Source: Octopus vulgaris (lineage: Eukaryota). Taken from it: a DNA stretch of 64,000 bases. Of the stretch, positions 13,000 through 24,800 are shown in pieces. The stretch lies in assembly GCA_951406725.2 (NCBI GenBank), contig OX597819.1, positions 55,800,001 to 55,864,000 on the forward strand, in the 5' to 3' direction. Both the position numbers and the translations under genes were made by a program. The notes beneath the pieces were generated by a model, which saw only the letters and a program-made list of their open reading frames with translations, was not told the origin of the DNA and did not search any database. How positions within the stretch are numbered: the first letter of the stretch is position 1; every line of letters begins with the position of its first letter.

Positions 13000-13114
13000 G
13001 TATCTTTTTGCAATAACACTCATGAACCAGCCCTGAAAGGGCTGATATGTTTTTGTATTGTTATCCTTTATTTACTGTTAAAGCAACTAGTGTTACTTGT
13101 CATATGACAAATAC

Positions 13115-13450
13115 TGTAAATCCTCGAGTATAATCCGCATTTTTACCCCAAAATTTAAAGGTCAAAATCCCTAGTGCGTACTATATACTAGGTTAAAAAT
13201 GAAAATTATCTTCTAAGCAATGTCCAAGAATCTATTTGTTGTCCAGCAATGTTTATTCAGACGCATTTTGTGATGTCGTGTGAGAAAATACCTTAAGCTA
13301 AGCCTGAAAACAATGAAGTCATAAAAGAATCATCCATAACTTGCAGTAAGCAACATTTATTAAATGTTATTACTGTTATTTCTTTATTTTCTGCAAACAA
13401 AATGCACAAAAAAGCTACACGTTTGCATCATGTTATATATACAATAATAA
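13115..13450 (+). mobile_element. Pogo/Tc1-like DNA transposon end fragment
   Basis: TA|CTGTAAATCCTCGAGTATAATCCGCA...TGCGTACTATATAC resembles pogo-type TIR and subterminal motifs. No partner end was found. Confidence 0.45.
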
Positions 13451-14056
13451 TAAAATACCACTAAGCATTTTGCCTGGCGTGTTAACGATTCTGCCAGCTC
13501 ACCACCTTTAATATATTCTTTTCTACAGCGCCCAAAATTTTTGGGGAGTGGGGAGCCAGTCGATTAGATTGATCCCAGTACACAACTGGTACTTAATTTA
13601 TTGATCCTGAAAGGATGAAAGGCAAAGTTGACCTTGGCGGAATTTGAACTCAGAACGTAAAGACAGTCTAAATACTGCCAAGCATTTCGCTCGGCGTGCT
13701 AACGTTTCTGCCAGCTTGCCGCCTGGTATATTGCCAAAGGTCTCGATCACTTGTCACTGTGTCTGAGAGACCCAACATTTGAATGGTGCTTTCGAAGCTA
13801 CAAGATAATGCTTGATTAACTTAAATCCATGTGTATAAATAAATATCACATTTGACAGAGAATAATCTGAATGCTAAAGTGTTAGGTCCCTGTAACTTAG
13901 TGTTTTGGCAAAAGAGGCTGATAGAATAAGAACCAGATGTTAAAGTATTGGGCTTGATTTGTTTGACTAAGCCTTTCATGGTGTTTGCCCCAGCATGGCT
14001 GTCTTCCAATAACTGAAACAAGTTGAAGATAAAAAAAATGACCTTAATGTATAATT

Positions 14057-14421
14057 AAATGAGCACTGAGAGAGTGCAAACCTCTGCCAAGGCAACACTA
14101 ACGTTCTCTCAACAATTAGCCAGAGACAATTTTTAAAATGAGAATATCTGAAATAATCTCAACTGCTCCCACAAATGAGAATACTAAAAATGAACTTGAC
14201 CGCTCTCAAAAATTAAGTAAAAATACCGGAAAAATAATCCAGAATCCTTGTCCGGTACCGGATCGATCCCAAAATCTAATCAGTTTGTGACAGTCACAAG
14301 GCCAAACATCCCTGTAAGTTTCATCCGAATCCATTCTGCGGTTCTTGAGATATCTTGTCCACGGACAAACAAACATGACTGAAAACAATACCTCTGCCTT
14401 AGCAAAGGCAGAGGTAATAAA
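14057..14421 (-). mobile_element. Non-autonomous Helentron-like (HINE/DINE-type) element
   Basis: Terminal hairpin TACCTCTGCCTT-AGCA-AAGGCAGAGGTA, a second copy of ACCTCTGCCAAGG near the other end, and a short terminal stem-loop GCACTGAGAGAGTGC. Confidence 0.6.
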
Positions 14422-14766
14422 TGAAATTTCTCATCTGTTTAATTTCTGTAACTCCTTTGTCATTTACTTTCTCTCTTTCTCTCGCACTTTATGTGTGTGT
14501 GTGTGTGAGAGAGAGAGAATAGGAGTCCTTTACTCATTGCCTACCACCAAACCTCAGGTGTGCACTTATCTGGCGTTTCTTATGGAAAAAAACCAACCGT
14601 TTATTATAGAAATGTTTTTGTCAAGTTATAGACGTAGGAGTGGCTGTGTGGTAAGTAGCTTGCTTACAAACCACATGATTCCGGGTTCAGTCCCACTGTG
14701 TGGCATCTTGGGCAAGCGTCTGTGTGGATTTGGTTGACAGAAATCGAAAGAAGTCCGTCGTATATA

Positions 14767-14833
<67 letters not shown>

Positions 14834-15436
14834 CTGTGTTTGTCCCTCCAACATCTCTTGACAACCGATGCTGGTGTGTTTACGCCCCCGTAACTTAGCG
14901 GTTCGGCAAAAGAGACCGATAGAATAAGTACTAGGCTTACAAAGAATAAGTCCTGGGGGTCTCTAGGTTTATCTTATCGCTGTATGTGATAAATATGATA
15001 TTGCTCTAGAGATTTGACTATTGTTATGGTATAATTTAATCTCCAATGAAAGTAATTAAGCTATTGAAAAGTTACGTGAAGGGCTTGACTTCATGCAGTA
15101 ATTCCAGAGATAATGTATTTATCAACCGTCTACCTTACCATGCTCGCTTGTTGACGTATTACAGGATACTTTGACTATTTATAGCAGCAAACTCTAACGC
15201 CAATATTATTATGATTATATAATATGTATTTAAGTCATTGTGAATAGGATACAAATTATCTTAAGCTCTAAACATTAAGCGTCATTACTTTTATTTTTGT
15301 CGGAGCCTGTGAGACCAGCGTCTAACAATTTTATTCCGTTTACGTAGACGCCTTTAAAATAGTTACCTCCCTTGAACGAACACTTTCCATACCTACATAT
15401 ACTAAGAATCGCGTAGTTCTGTGCTCTTTGCAAGGT

Positions 15437-15740
15437 TTGTTTGTTCCTTCTCGAGCCATGCCTGGCTCATAAGGACCAGTTTCCCAGTTTCCTTGGCGTA
15501 TAGGTTCCTCACCTGGACGGGACGCCGGTCCGTCGCGGGTGAGCTGCAAGATGCAGGAGGAAAGAAGAGAAAGTTGTGGCGAAAGACTCAGCAGAAGCTT
15601 CACCATTACCTTCTGCCGGAGTCGCGTGGAGCTTAGATGTCTCACTCATAAACACACACATCGCCCGGTCTGAGATTCGAACCTGTGATCCATCGACCGC
15701 GAGTCCGCTGCTCTAACCACTAGGCCATGTGCCTCCACAC
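15437..15740 (-). mobile_element. tRNA-derived SINE family D
   Basis: The minus-strand head GGAGGCACATGGCCTAGTGGTTAGAGCAGCGGACTCGCGGTCG...GGTTCGAATC is tRNA-like. Related heads occur at + 3316-3600, 8650-8900, 12257-12340 and 25968-26225. Confidence 0.8.
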
Positions 15741-16016
15741 TTTGCGAGGTGGTAAACTGTTTTTCTCCAGTGGAAAGGCAGTTAATAAGAAAGGTAAAAA
15801 CACTTTGTAATGGAGCAGTGTACTAGCTGGAAACTAATAAGGATTCTCGTGATTTACGATAATATGAACAAATTCTTACATAGACTGTTGTTTTGTCTTT
15901 AAATCTGTGACTACTTTTCAACTTTGTTTCAGTTTAATTTCGAAAGATTGTTTTCATGTGTGTCTGTCTATTTTTGCCCTTTCTATTTGATATTTTTTCC
16001 TTGACAATTACCTCAG

Positions 16017-16128
16017 TAAGAGCAATGTTACACATGCGGTCGTTATGAAACCTCTAAAGTTTGGATTTTTCAATTTCACTGCTGCACAGTTGACATATCT
16101 TCCAAAAGATGATGCTGAAGAAAGAATG
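16017..16128 (+). CDS. SSR2: SSR2 coding exon 3 (112 nt)
   Basis: Acceptor cctcag. Translation KSNVTHAVVMKPLKFGFFNFTAAQLTYLPKDDAEERM contains both conserved N-glycosylation sequons (NVT, NFT). The donor is ATG|GTGTGT. Confidence 0.96.
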
Positions 16129-17129
16129 GTGTGTATATTTTTCTAAGAAATTCACCTCCACCTTGAAACACATCATGTATTTTTAAATACCATCTTTAAA
16201 AAACAACTACTATTATCGTGTGTAATCAGAAAATTCTCTTGTTTTAGACATTTGATATCTGAACTATTGGAATCGTTAAGTTTTCATGTTAGCACTTTAC
16301 ATTGTAAATGGATTCTTAGTTCTTTTTAAATTTCATCTGTTGACAATTAATTTGATGGTAAGAAAGTGGCAAGCTGGCAGAATCGTTTGCGTGCCAGATG
16401 AAGTGTTTAGTAGCATTTCTTCTGGTTTTACATTCTGAGTTCAAGTTTCAGTGAAGTTGACTTTGTCTTTCATCCTTTCAGGGTCGATAAAATAAGCACC
16501 GACCAAGTCCTGGGGTTGATGCAATCAACTAACCTTCTCCTCTCAAATTTCAGATTAGCTAAGATGCTCGAACTTTTTGCATTTGCTTCAGTGAAATGCT
16601 ACTCACATGTAGAGGGCATTGCACAAGCCTCCTTGAGAGGACGAGTGTCTCAATCTTCATGTCACTGATTTTCATTCCTGCTGAAAAGTGCTTGGCAGCA
16701 AACCTATTGAGTGCATGTCAGAAATCACTTTTTGACGAGTTGAATAGTAGCATCATCATCATCATCATCGTTTAACGTCCGTTTTCCGTGCTAGCACGGG
16801 TTGGATGGTTTCAACCGGGGTCTGGGGAGCTAGGGACTGCCCCAGGCTCCAGTCTAGTCTGGCAGTGTTTCTACAGCTGGATGCCCTTCCTAATGCCAAC
16901 CACTCCGCGAGTGTAGTGGGTGTTTTTTACGTGCCACCTGCACAGGTGCCAGAGGGGTCTGGCATCGGCCACGTTCGGATGGTGCTTTTTATATGGGGGG
17001 GGGGGTGCAGAAATATAGGGGAGCACCAGTGGGGAGGGGTGGTTCAGAGAAATGATGACAGGTTCTAGGCAAGTAGAACGTAGGATATCAAGAGAGGGGT
17101 AATGCATGGTGAAATAGCGTATTGAAGAG

Positions 17130-17570
17130 GGGTTCGAAGAGTAGACACCTATAAGACTGATCCTACGCCCTCTTGTCTCGATACCACTTCCATCCTGGCT
17201 GTACATGTTAATTCTGTCCATAAAGATTTTGAACATGAGAGGTAACAGTACACACTCTTGGCAGAGTCCAACACCAACATTGAATGGTTTCAACTCAGCA
17301 TCATTTATAAGAATAAAAAAATGTTTGGGCATGTGGTAAGAATATCCCAGAAGGTTTTACAGGCAAAATCAACTAGCAGGAGACCCAGCTGTTGTCCACG
17401 AGTAAGAGAGTTGGATAACATCCATGAGCTCAGTCAGTTTCACTTGAAGATCCAGCTGGATCAGTTGGAAATGGGTGCTTCTGACAGGACTTGATGGAAG
17501 GTATGCTTGAGGACTTTGCCCCCATGACCCTCCCAGGAATAAGTGGTTGAAGTTATTGAAATGAATAATT
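17130..17570. mobile_element. RTE LINE 3' fragment with an inverted RT segment
   Basis: Minus 17130-17320 reads FNVGVGLCQECVLLPLMFKIFMDRI (RT QG motif). Plus 17320-17570 reads FGHVVRI...RRPSCCPRVRELDNI...DRT*W (RTE C-terminus). Confidence 0.75.
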
Positions 17571-17756
17571 AGTTATAATAAAGAGATTTCTGATTGAAGA
17601 ACATTTTATTTGTTTTTCTTTTATTTTGTAAGAAAGAATAAATATTACAATATTTAAAAGAATTTTTTTTTTTTTGCAAAATAATACCAAAAGACTTGTT
17701 AAAGGAAATATGTTGATCACTCACTACTACAGACTAATGTAACCTTTTGCTTGTAG

Positions 17757-17834
17757 ATTGGTTATACCAGCGCTCCAGGAGAAGGTGGAATTATAAATCA
17801 AAAAGAATTTGAAAGAAGATTCTCGCCGCATGTG
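17757..17834 (+). CDS. SSR2: SSR2 coding exon 4 (78 nt)
   Basis: Acceptor ttgtag. Translation IGYTSAPGEGGIINQKEFERRFSPHV contains the TSAPG.GGI...EF.RRFSPH signature. The donor is GTG|GTAAGT. Confidence 0.97.
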
Positions 17835-18292
17835 GTAAGTGTAACTGCCCTGTTTGCACCCTTTCTCCTATACTTGTTGAGGCAGTCACATAGCAGTTCA
17901 ATATGAGTTACTCTTGGGAATTCTCAAATGCTTAGGACTTGGGTTACATATCAGAATCTGTTGAAGAATTGCAGAGAAAGTTCCAGACTTAGAAGAATGG
18001 TTTCGAATCCAAAGGTTTGCTGGTTAACATAGCAAAGATCCGTTTGACAGTTGATTCGGAGAGAATACAAAATTTTAATGGTGCATGGCAAGTGAGCTGG
18101 GGTAGTATGTAGAAAGGGAGTTGGTAAGAACTTATCGTGTAGGCATAGGAGTGGTTGTGTGGTAAGTAGCTTGCTTATGAACCACATGTTTCTGAGTTGG
18201 GTTCAGTCCCACTGCGTGGCATCTTGGGCGAGTATCTTCTACTATAGCCTTGTGAGTGGATTTGGTAGACGGAAACTGGAAAAAGCCCATCG

Positions 18293-18325
<33 letters not shown>

Positions 18326-19173
18326 ATGTTTGTGTGTCTGTGTTTGGGGCCCCAACATCGCCTGACAACCAATGCTGGTGTGTTTATGTCCCTGTAGCTT
18401 AGTGGTTCGGCGAAAGAGACCGATAGAATAAGTACTAAGTTTACAAAGAATAAGTCCTGTGGTTGATTTGCTTGACTAAAGGCGGTGCTCCAGTATGGCC
18501 ACAGTCACATGACTGAAGCGAGTAAAAGAGTAAGAGATTCTGATATGTAATCCAAGTCCTCAGCATTGTAAGCAGTAAATACAGAAATGGTGCAGTTGGA
18601 TCTCTGGCAAGCTGACAATGAACCCGAAACTTCAGAGGTGAAAGAATTATTAAAGTAAGGGAACTCATAAAATTATACTTATAGTTTGCTAAGGAAATTT
18701 ACTTCATGTTCTTTGCATTTTCTATTACTTCAGTAATTTAATCAGTGTTGGAAGTAGATGTAGCAGAATGAGGATAGAGAAAGTTTAGGGATCTGTTCCT
18801 GTGTTAGCAACAATAGATTTCTCCCTCTGTGTGAAAGACAGATTCTTTGAAGCAAGAGAAGTATTAGCTACAGGGTTGTAAGGCTTGAGCGTTGAATGAT
18901 GTACAGTATTTTTTGAAGCTGGAGAAAAATACTACTAGCATTATTTGTTGGATGTGCAATGTTAGCATACACAAAAAAAGCGGAAGAGAAATTTGGGAAG
19001 CAAAGCAACCAAAATGTGCAAGGGAGACAACTGAGCTGGTATGGCAGTGTCATATACCTGAAGACTGAGTATTGGGTGATGATAAACTGCTGTGTTGCCT
19101 GTGAAGAAATGCAGTCTTAAGATACTGTGTTGCATAGTGGAAACGATACTTGGTAATATGCTTTATGATAGAT

Positions 19174-19505
19174 CAAGAGTTCTCAACCATTTTTTTTATC
19201 TATGGACCCCTTTGGTTATTATTTTATTCTGGTGGACCCCCAGAGCTATTTAATGTTATAGAAACTTCTTTTAAAATTCCTGTTTGTCACACATTAACTT
19301 GTGTAGGTTAAACTATGTAAAATGTTAGAGGAAAAAACCTAGTTGTTTCTTGTAATACATACCAATACATATAAAGCAAAATTTTTTTCGGGGGCCCTTA
19401 AAATACTATTGTGGATCCCCAATTTACTATTTTGTTGTGTAGACCCCCAAAATCTTATACAGACCCTCAGGGGTCATATGAACCCCAGTTGAGAATCACT
19501 CACTG
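19174..19505. mobile_element. hAT (Charlie-like) MITE
   Basis: Termini CAAGAGTTCTCAAC and GTTGAGAATCACTCACTG, with a perfect 8-bp TSD TGATAGAT on both sides. Confidence 0.85.
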
Positions 19506-20329
19506 TGATAGATCTTTTCACCTGATACTGCCATGGGAAAATAGTTGTTAGTACAATTACGAATGATGATGATGCAACTACTGCTGTATATATGTGTATT
19601 TTCAGTGGCGTAGGAATAGGCATTTAGATGGGGTGAGGATAAATCCCACTGGCTGCACAAACCCCCATATAACCTAGTTACAATCATTCAAGCATATTGA
19701 TGCTCTATTCTGTATGTTCAGGCCTGTGCTTCTGTGTGTGTGTGTTTATTTGAAAAAGACTTGATAGAATTACCAGAATTATTAGAATGTCAGACAAAAT
19801 GTTTTATTAAATTTGGTTCTGGCCTTTTATGTTCTGTGTTCAAATCTTGCTATGGTTAGCTTTGCATTTCATCCTTCTGTGCAGATAAAACAAAGTATCA
19901 GTCAAGTACTGGGTAAATTTAACTCTTTTGTTACCATATTTCATTTGAAATATAGTACCTTAATTTCAATTGATTTAAAAATATATAGAAGCAAACTAGC
20001 TGAGTTCCTTTTGAGCATTGGGCCTGATGTAGGCAAAGTAGCTGAGTTCCTTTCGAGTTTTGGGCCTCACAGAGGCAATAACCAAGACCTTTGGTAGTTT
20101 CATGCTTGAAAAGAAGACCCATTAGGTTGAGCAAAATCACAGTTGTGGCAGATACTGGTGTCACGCAAATGAATTAAAATAACTTATTAATTAACCTGGT
20201 GATTGGAATATAAATTAACATGGAATTTTGATGAAAGAATTTTTACATTGGGATTAGTTGTGTACATTCATTCATCTATCATTAATCTCTTATTGATTAG
20301 GTTAAACCTTATTATCTAATTTTAAGATT

Positions 20330-20835
20330 AAGCCTTTCTAATAAGCGAGAATTTATCAGAAGGCCTCCAGGAAAGCAAAATGACCCATGTTACACAACGA
20401 AAGCAGTGAAGTTTGGTGGGTAAGAGTCTGATGTTTTGGGGATACATAAAAAAGTGATGGTTCAAGAAAGTTGGTTAAAATTGATGGTAACTTGTATAGT
20501 ACCCAATACATTCAGTTGTTGGAGGACAATTTGATACCAGACTTGGATGAAGGTGAGATTTTTCAGCATGATTGAGCTCCATGTCACAGACTGAGTGCTA
20601 CACAACAGAGTCTGGCTGATGAAGGTGTTACCATATTGAAAGATTGGCCAGTTCAGAGCCCTGACTTAAATATCATCGAGCAAATGTGGACAGAGCTAAA
20701 GAGAAGAGTTTGTCAGAAGAATCCATTGCAATTTTGAAGAGCTGTAATAAATTTTCATTATAGACATTTTTCTATTTTAAAACACTGTATCTTAACTGGT
20801 TTATGTGAGGTGGCCGAAAACTTTTGCACGGCCAT
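20330..20835 (+). mobile_element. Decayed Tc1-family transposase fragment with 3' TIR
   Basis: Translation VKFGG..LMFWG...IDG......YIQLLEDNL...IFQHD*APCH...DWPVQSPDLNIIEQMWTELKRRV, with the TIR-like GGTGGCCGAAAACTTTTGCACGGCCA. Confidence 0.85.
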
Positions 20836-21981
20836 TTTTGGTGGTCGTCTTACATCATCCCCTCTCATTCACAATCACAACTACAAAATATAATGAGGCA
20901 CCTGTGCCTGTGGCACGTAAAAAGCACCCACTACACTCACGGAGTGGTTGGCGTTAGGAAGGGCATCCAGCTGTAGAAACACTGCCATTTCAGACTGGAG
21001 CCTGGTTCAGCCACCTGGCTTCCCAAACCCTGGTTGAACCATCCAGCCCATGCTAGCATGGAAAACAGATGTTAAACAATGATGATGACGATGAAGTATG
21101 GAAATGACACCAACTGGGACAATGCTTCATCTGTAAAAAAAGCAATACAAAACATCCACTTATAAGTTGGCAATTAGTAGAAATTTACAATAGTTTTAAG
21201 TGGCTACTGTATATTGTGAGTACTTTGAAACAGATTCTGAGCTATTGTGCTTTTAATAAAATGTTTTTCATACTGAAGTTCCTGTTCCATAGCACAATGG
21301 ACACTATTAATTGGTGTGCTGGGTTTGATAAAGAGTTGTTAATTGTTCTCTCTTACTAGTATCAAAACACACATGTTGGATTTATGACAAATAAATGCAG
21401 CTGTTGGGATTGATCATATATCTGTTAGGGAAGTTTTCCTGTTGTCGTTCAGCTCCAGGCTAACCTTGACAGAGCAGATAAAAACCATTCACAGCTGTAT
21501 CCATCCTGACATTTTGGGGATATCTAGGACTACATTGTTTTATGCCTTATTGATGGTGAGGTCTGCTTTGAGAGAGGTTTGGCTGCTGTTTCTAACACAT
21601 CATGTGACAATACAAAGGCTCCTTCAATTAGTATATTTAGAGACTTGTGTAGAAACAAAGTTTGGTATGTTTCTTTTTTATTGATTAAATGTGGTTAAGA
21701 CTTTGAAGCACAAAATAAGCTTGTTGATTTTTATGACAAGCCTATATTAATGTTGAATTTTTGGGATACTTTTTTTAGATACTAACCACATATTCTAAGT
21801 AAGGAATATACAAAATAGTACCTTTTTTTTTAAAGAAGTTTTGTTGGTAGTGAATCCTTGTTATGTAAAGGAGAGAGGTATTTTAACAAGTTGTGTAATA
21901 ACTCTAGTTTCTAGCACACAACCTATTATTTTCATAAGCACCCAGTTAGCAACTCTTGTGTGATTGCATAATGAACTACGG

Positions 21982-22600
21982 TAAAGGTAGTGAGCTGGCA
22001 GAAACATTAGCAGGTGGTGAGCTGGTAGAAACGTTAGCACACCCGGCAAAATGCTCAGCGGTATTTCGTCTGCTGTTACATTCTGAGTTCAAATTCTGCC
22101 GAGGTCGACTTTGCCTTTCAGCCTTTCGGGGTCGATAAATTAAGTACCAGTTATGCACTGGGGTCGATGTAATTGACTTAATCCCTTTGTCCTTGTTTGT
22201 CTTCTCTGTGTTTAGCCCCTTGTGGGTAGTAAAGAAATAGGTATTTCGTCTGTCTTTACATTCTGCATTCAAATTCCACCGAGGTCAATTTTGCCTTTCA
22301 TCCTTTCGGTGTAGATAAATTAAGAACCAGTTATGCACTGGGGTCGATGTAATTGACTTAATCCCTTTGTCTGTCCTTATTTAGCTCCTTGTGGGCAATA
22401 AAGAAATAAGAAACATTAGCAGGCCAGGTGAAGTGCTTAGCAGTATTTTGCCTGTTGCTATGTTCTGAGTTCAAATTTCGCTGAGATCGACTTTGCTTTT
22501 CATCCTTTTGGGGTCAATAAATTAAGTACCAGTTGCATACTGGGGTCGATCAAATTGATTGCCCCACCCCTTCCCAAAATTTCAGGCTTTGTAAAAGGAT
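21982..22600 (+). mobile_element. SINE family B, tandem/nested multimer
   Basis: Repeated GAGCTGGCAGAAACGTTAGCAC...GAGTTCAAATTCCGCCGAGGTCGACTTTGCCTTTCATCCTTTCGGGGTCGATAAATTAAGTACCAG. Other copies: + 16365-16550, 25810-25955, 34838-34943, 42783-43015, 44063-44295, 62790-63200; - 9025-9240, 13455-13725, 29690-29903, 57725-57935, 62375-62642. Confidence 0.9.
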
Positions 22601-22835
22601 TATGGGCTAGGGCAAAGAAAAAAGCATAGGGTTCACTACCAATTCTAATCCTGTTTTCTGTCCACAGCCAAGTGCAGACTTTGTATTATTGTCTTGAAAT
22701 AGTAATAAAACTCACTTCATCATCATTTTACATCCGCTTTCCATGCTGTCATTAGTCAGACAGGACATCTTGGCCTTCATCATCTTAGATGAAATGGGGT
22801 CTGCATCCTGCTTCTATGTCTCATTTCTAGGGTAG

Positions 22836-23458
22836 TTTTGACAGATGTATGTCTTTCTAATACCAGTCACTTTACATAATGTGTTTGGATTCATTTTAAT
22901 CATAGCACCAGCCCCAGAGAAGTTGCCTTGTCCTTAGCAAAACTAAACAGTCTCTTTGCTCTGTCTCTGTTCATTTCAAGCAATGACTGAAAGGGTGAAT
23001 AGAAGGGCAAGTAATGAAGGAGAGAGAACTAGGGCAAGAGGATGCTAAAAGAGGGATTACACAGGTACATTAAGTTAAGGATGAACTATTAAGATTTTTG
23101 ACTTTTTTGTTGAGGGTCCAAATTTATGTTAAAATAAAATAGTGTACATTTAAACTCAACTAAAAAGTCAAAAATCTTAATAGTTCATCCTTAGCTTAAT
23201 GTACCTGTGTAATAGTCAACCAAATCCCTCTTTTAGCATCCTCTTGCCCTAGTTCTCTCTCTTTCTCTCTCTCCTTCATTACTTGCCCTTCTATTCACCC
23301 TTTCGGTCATTGCTTGAAATGAACAAAGATAGAGCAAAGAGACTGTTTAGTTTTGCTAAAGACAAGGCAACTTCTCTGGGGCTGGTGCTATGATTAAAAT
23401 GAATCTAAACACATTATGTAAAGTGACTGGTATTAGAAAGGACATGCATCTGTCAAAA
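22836..23458. repeat. Long near-perfect inverted duplication (arms about 280 and 300 nt, loop about 40 nt) in the last SSR2 intron
   Basis: 22836-23114 is the reverse complement of 23155-23458, apart from about 9 substitutions and two short indels. Confidence 0.95.
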
Positions 23459-23521
23459 TATGTTGTCTATTGACTTTTTATACTGGTGGTGAAATTTCTA
23501 AAAATATTCACCATCCTATAT

Positions 23522-23561
<40 letters not shown>

Positions 23562-23588
23562 TTATATATTGTTTTTGCTTTCTTTTAG

Positions 23589-23699
23589 CTTGATTGGCTG
23601 ATATTTGCTATTATGACCTTGCCTTCTCTTGGAATACCCTACATGCTTTGGTACCGCAGCAAAAGGAAATACGACAATGTACGATCAAAACGGAACTGA
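23589..23699 (+). CDS. SSR2: SSR2 last coding exon (transmembrane helix, basic cytosolic tail, stop)
   Basis: Acceptor ttttag. Translation [36 protein letters not shown], with TGA at 23697-23699. The five exons total 582 nt, i.e. 193 aa plus stop, with no frameshift. Confidence 0.97.
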   Translation, partial: LDWLIFAIMTLPSLGIPYMLWYRSKRKYDNVRSKRN

Positions 23700-23729
23700 C
23701 ACTGTTGTAATTTAATATAGAATTTATAA

Positions 23730-23735
23730 AATAAA
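23730..23735 (+). terminator. SSR2: Candidate polyadenylation signal of SSR2
   Basis: AATAAA about 30 nt after the stop codon, followed by T/GT-rich sequence. Confidence 0.5.
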
Positions 23736-23854
23736 ATAATTTTTTTTACAAATCGTTTTCTAAGTGTTTTCATTGAAGCGAAGCAAAGAATTATTTTTCT
23801 GGTTTGTTCTATGAAACAAAGGAGAGAGGGGCGAGAAAGAAAGAGAGAATATAC

Positions 23855-24305
23855 GCACAGCCCTTGACTGCTATCATATTCCCCAACATATCAGGGAAAT
23901 AATCAGCAGTTATTTTGGAGGTATCCAGTTACGTTTCAGGACAGCCCATTTTACAACTCGGTGGCAAGACCTTGAGAAAGGCATCATAACTAGGTGCACG
24001 ATTTCTACCATTTTTTTCATCAAGGGTATATATATCTCCTCATATCAACAACTGATATAGAAGCCCAAGGACCAACAATGGAATCAGGCAGCTGTCAGCA
24101 CCCAATAAGGGGCTTCGTGGATGATATTACGGTAACAACTGCAGTACATGTGGATGCAGAAAGAGTGCTGACTTCGCTAGAACACATGGCGACATGGGCC
24201 AGAATGAAGTTTAAGCTCCCTAAATCGAGGAGCATGGGGATCAGGGGTGGGGGTAAGGAAACCAACAAAATCAGGCTGCAAGTGCAAGGAGAGGCCATTC
24301 TATTC
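23855..24305 (+). mobile_element. Hero/R2-group non-LTR retrotransposon RT fragment
   Basis: Translation ALDCYHIP...WQDLEKGII...RGFVDDITVTT...LEHMATWARMKFKLPKSRSM; the WARM.FK..KSRS motif is characteristic of Hero RTs. Confidence 0.8.
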
Positions 24306-24502
24306 CATTCGAAATAAGGAGTAGATAGACAGCTGGCAACTGATGAAGGGTCCATTCTCTGTGTTAACTTGTCCTGTTTTCCATTTTTTCTCGTTGTTTA
24401 AGTATTTCACCCGGTTTTCCCTCGTTTGTTTACGTATTTCATATTATTTGCACCGTTGGTGACGTCTAGTACCCATATATGCATGTATATACATACATAC
24501 AT

Positions 24503-24533
<31 letters not shown>

Positions 24534-24569
24534 TGTATATGTTATAATTTACTATTTAATTGAACGCGA

Positions 24570-24800
24570 TGCATCCATTTCCGCACACACAGCGTTCAAA
24601 AAAAAAACCCACACATTTCAGCGCTTCTAATAAAGAAACAAATATTTGTTTACATTTATACTCACAATGTTAACGTAGTTTACTGTCGCAAAAAAATCGA
24701 AAGTAAACTCTCCAACAACAACAACAACAAAAGCGGAAGTGATGACGGACAATTTACTTTCACTACTAGTCCCATATTGTCAGCAGTTTCTTGGTAAGCA
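24570..24800. promoter_or_regulatory. Promoter-like island with ETS and ZNF143/Ronin-type motifs and splice donors on both strands
   Basis: GCGGAAGT at 24733-24740 and ACTACTAGTCCCA at 24762-24774 (similar to ACTACAnnTCCCA). There is a + donor TTG|GTAAGC at 24794 and a - donor ATT|GTGAGT at 24665, in CpG-containing unique sequence. Confidence 0.5.

Larger units (their letters stand above)
13000..16016 (+). other. SSR2: U12-type (minor spliceosome) GT-AG intron of SSR2
   Basis: The 5' site is GTATCTTTT (U12 consensus GTATCCTT). The branch sequence TTCCTTGAC lies at 15997-16005 with its A 12 nt from the 3' end, and there is no polypyrimidine tract between the branch site and the AG. Confidence 0.88.

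Noticed and set aside
15660-15740. tRNA-like sequence, and other A/B-box heads
   Set aside because: They continue into SINE bodies and lack a complete acceptor stem, so they are SINE heads rather than tRNA genes.
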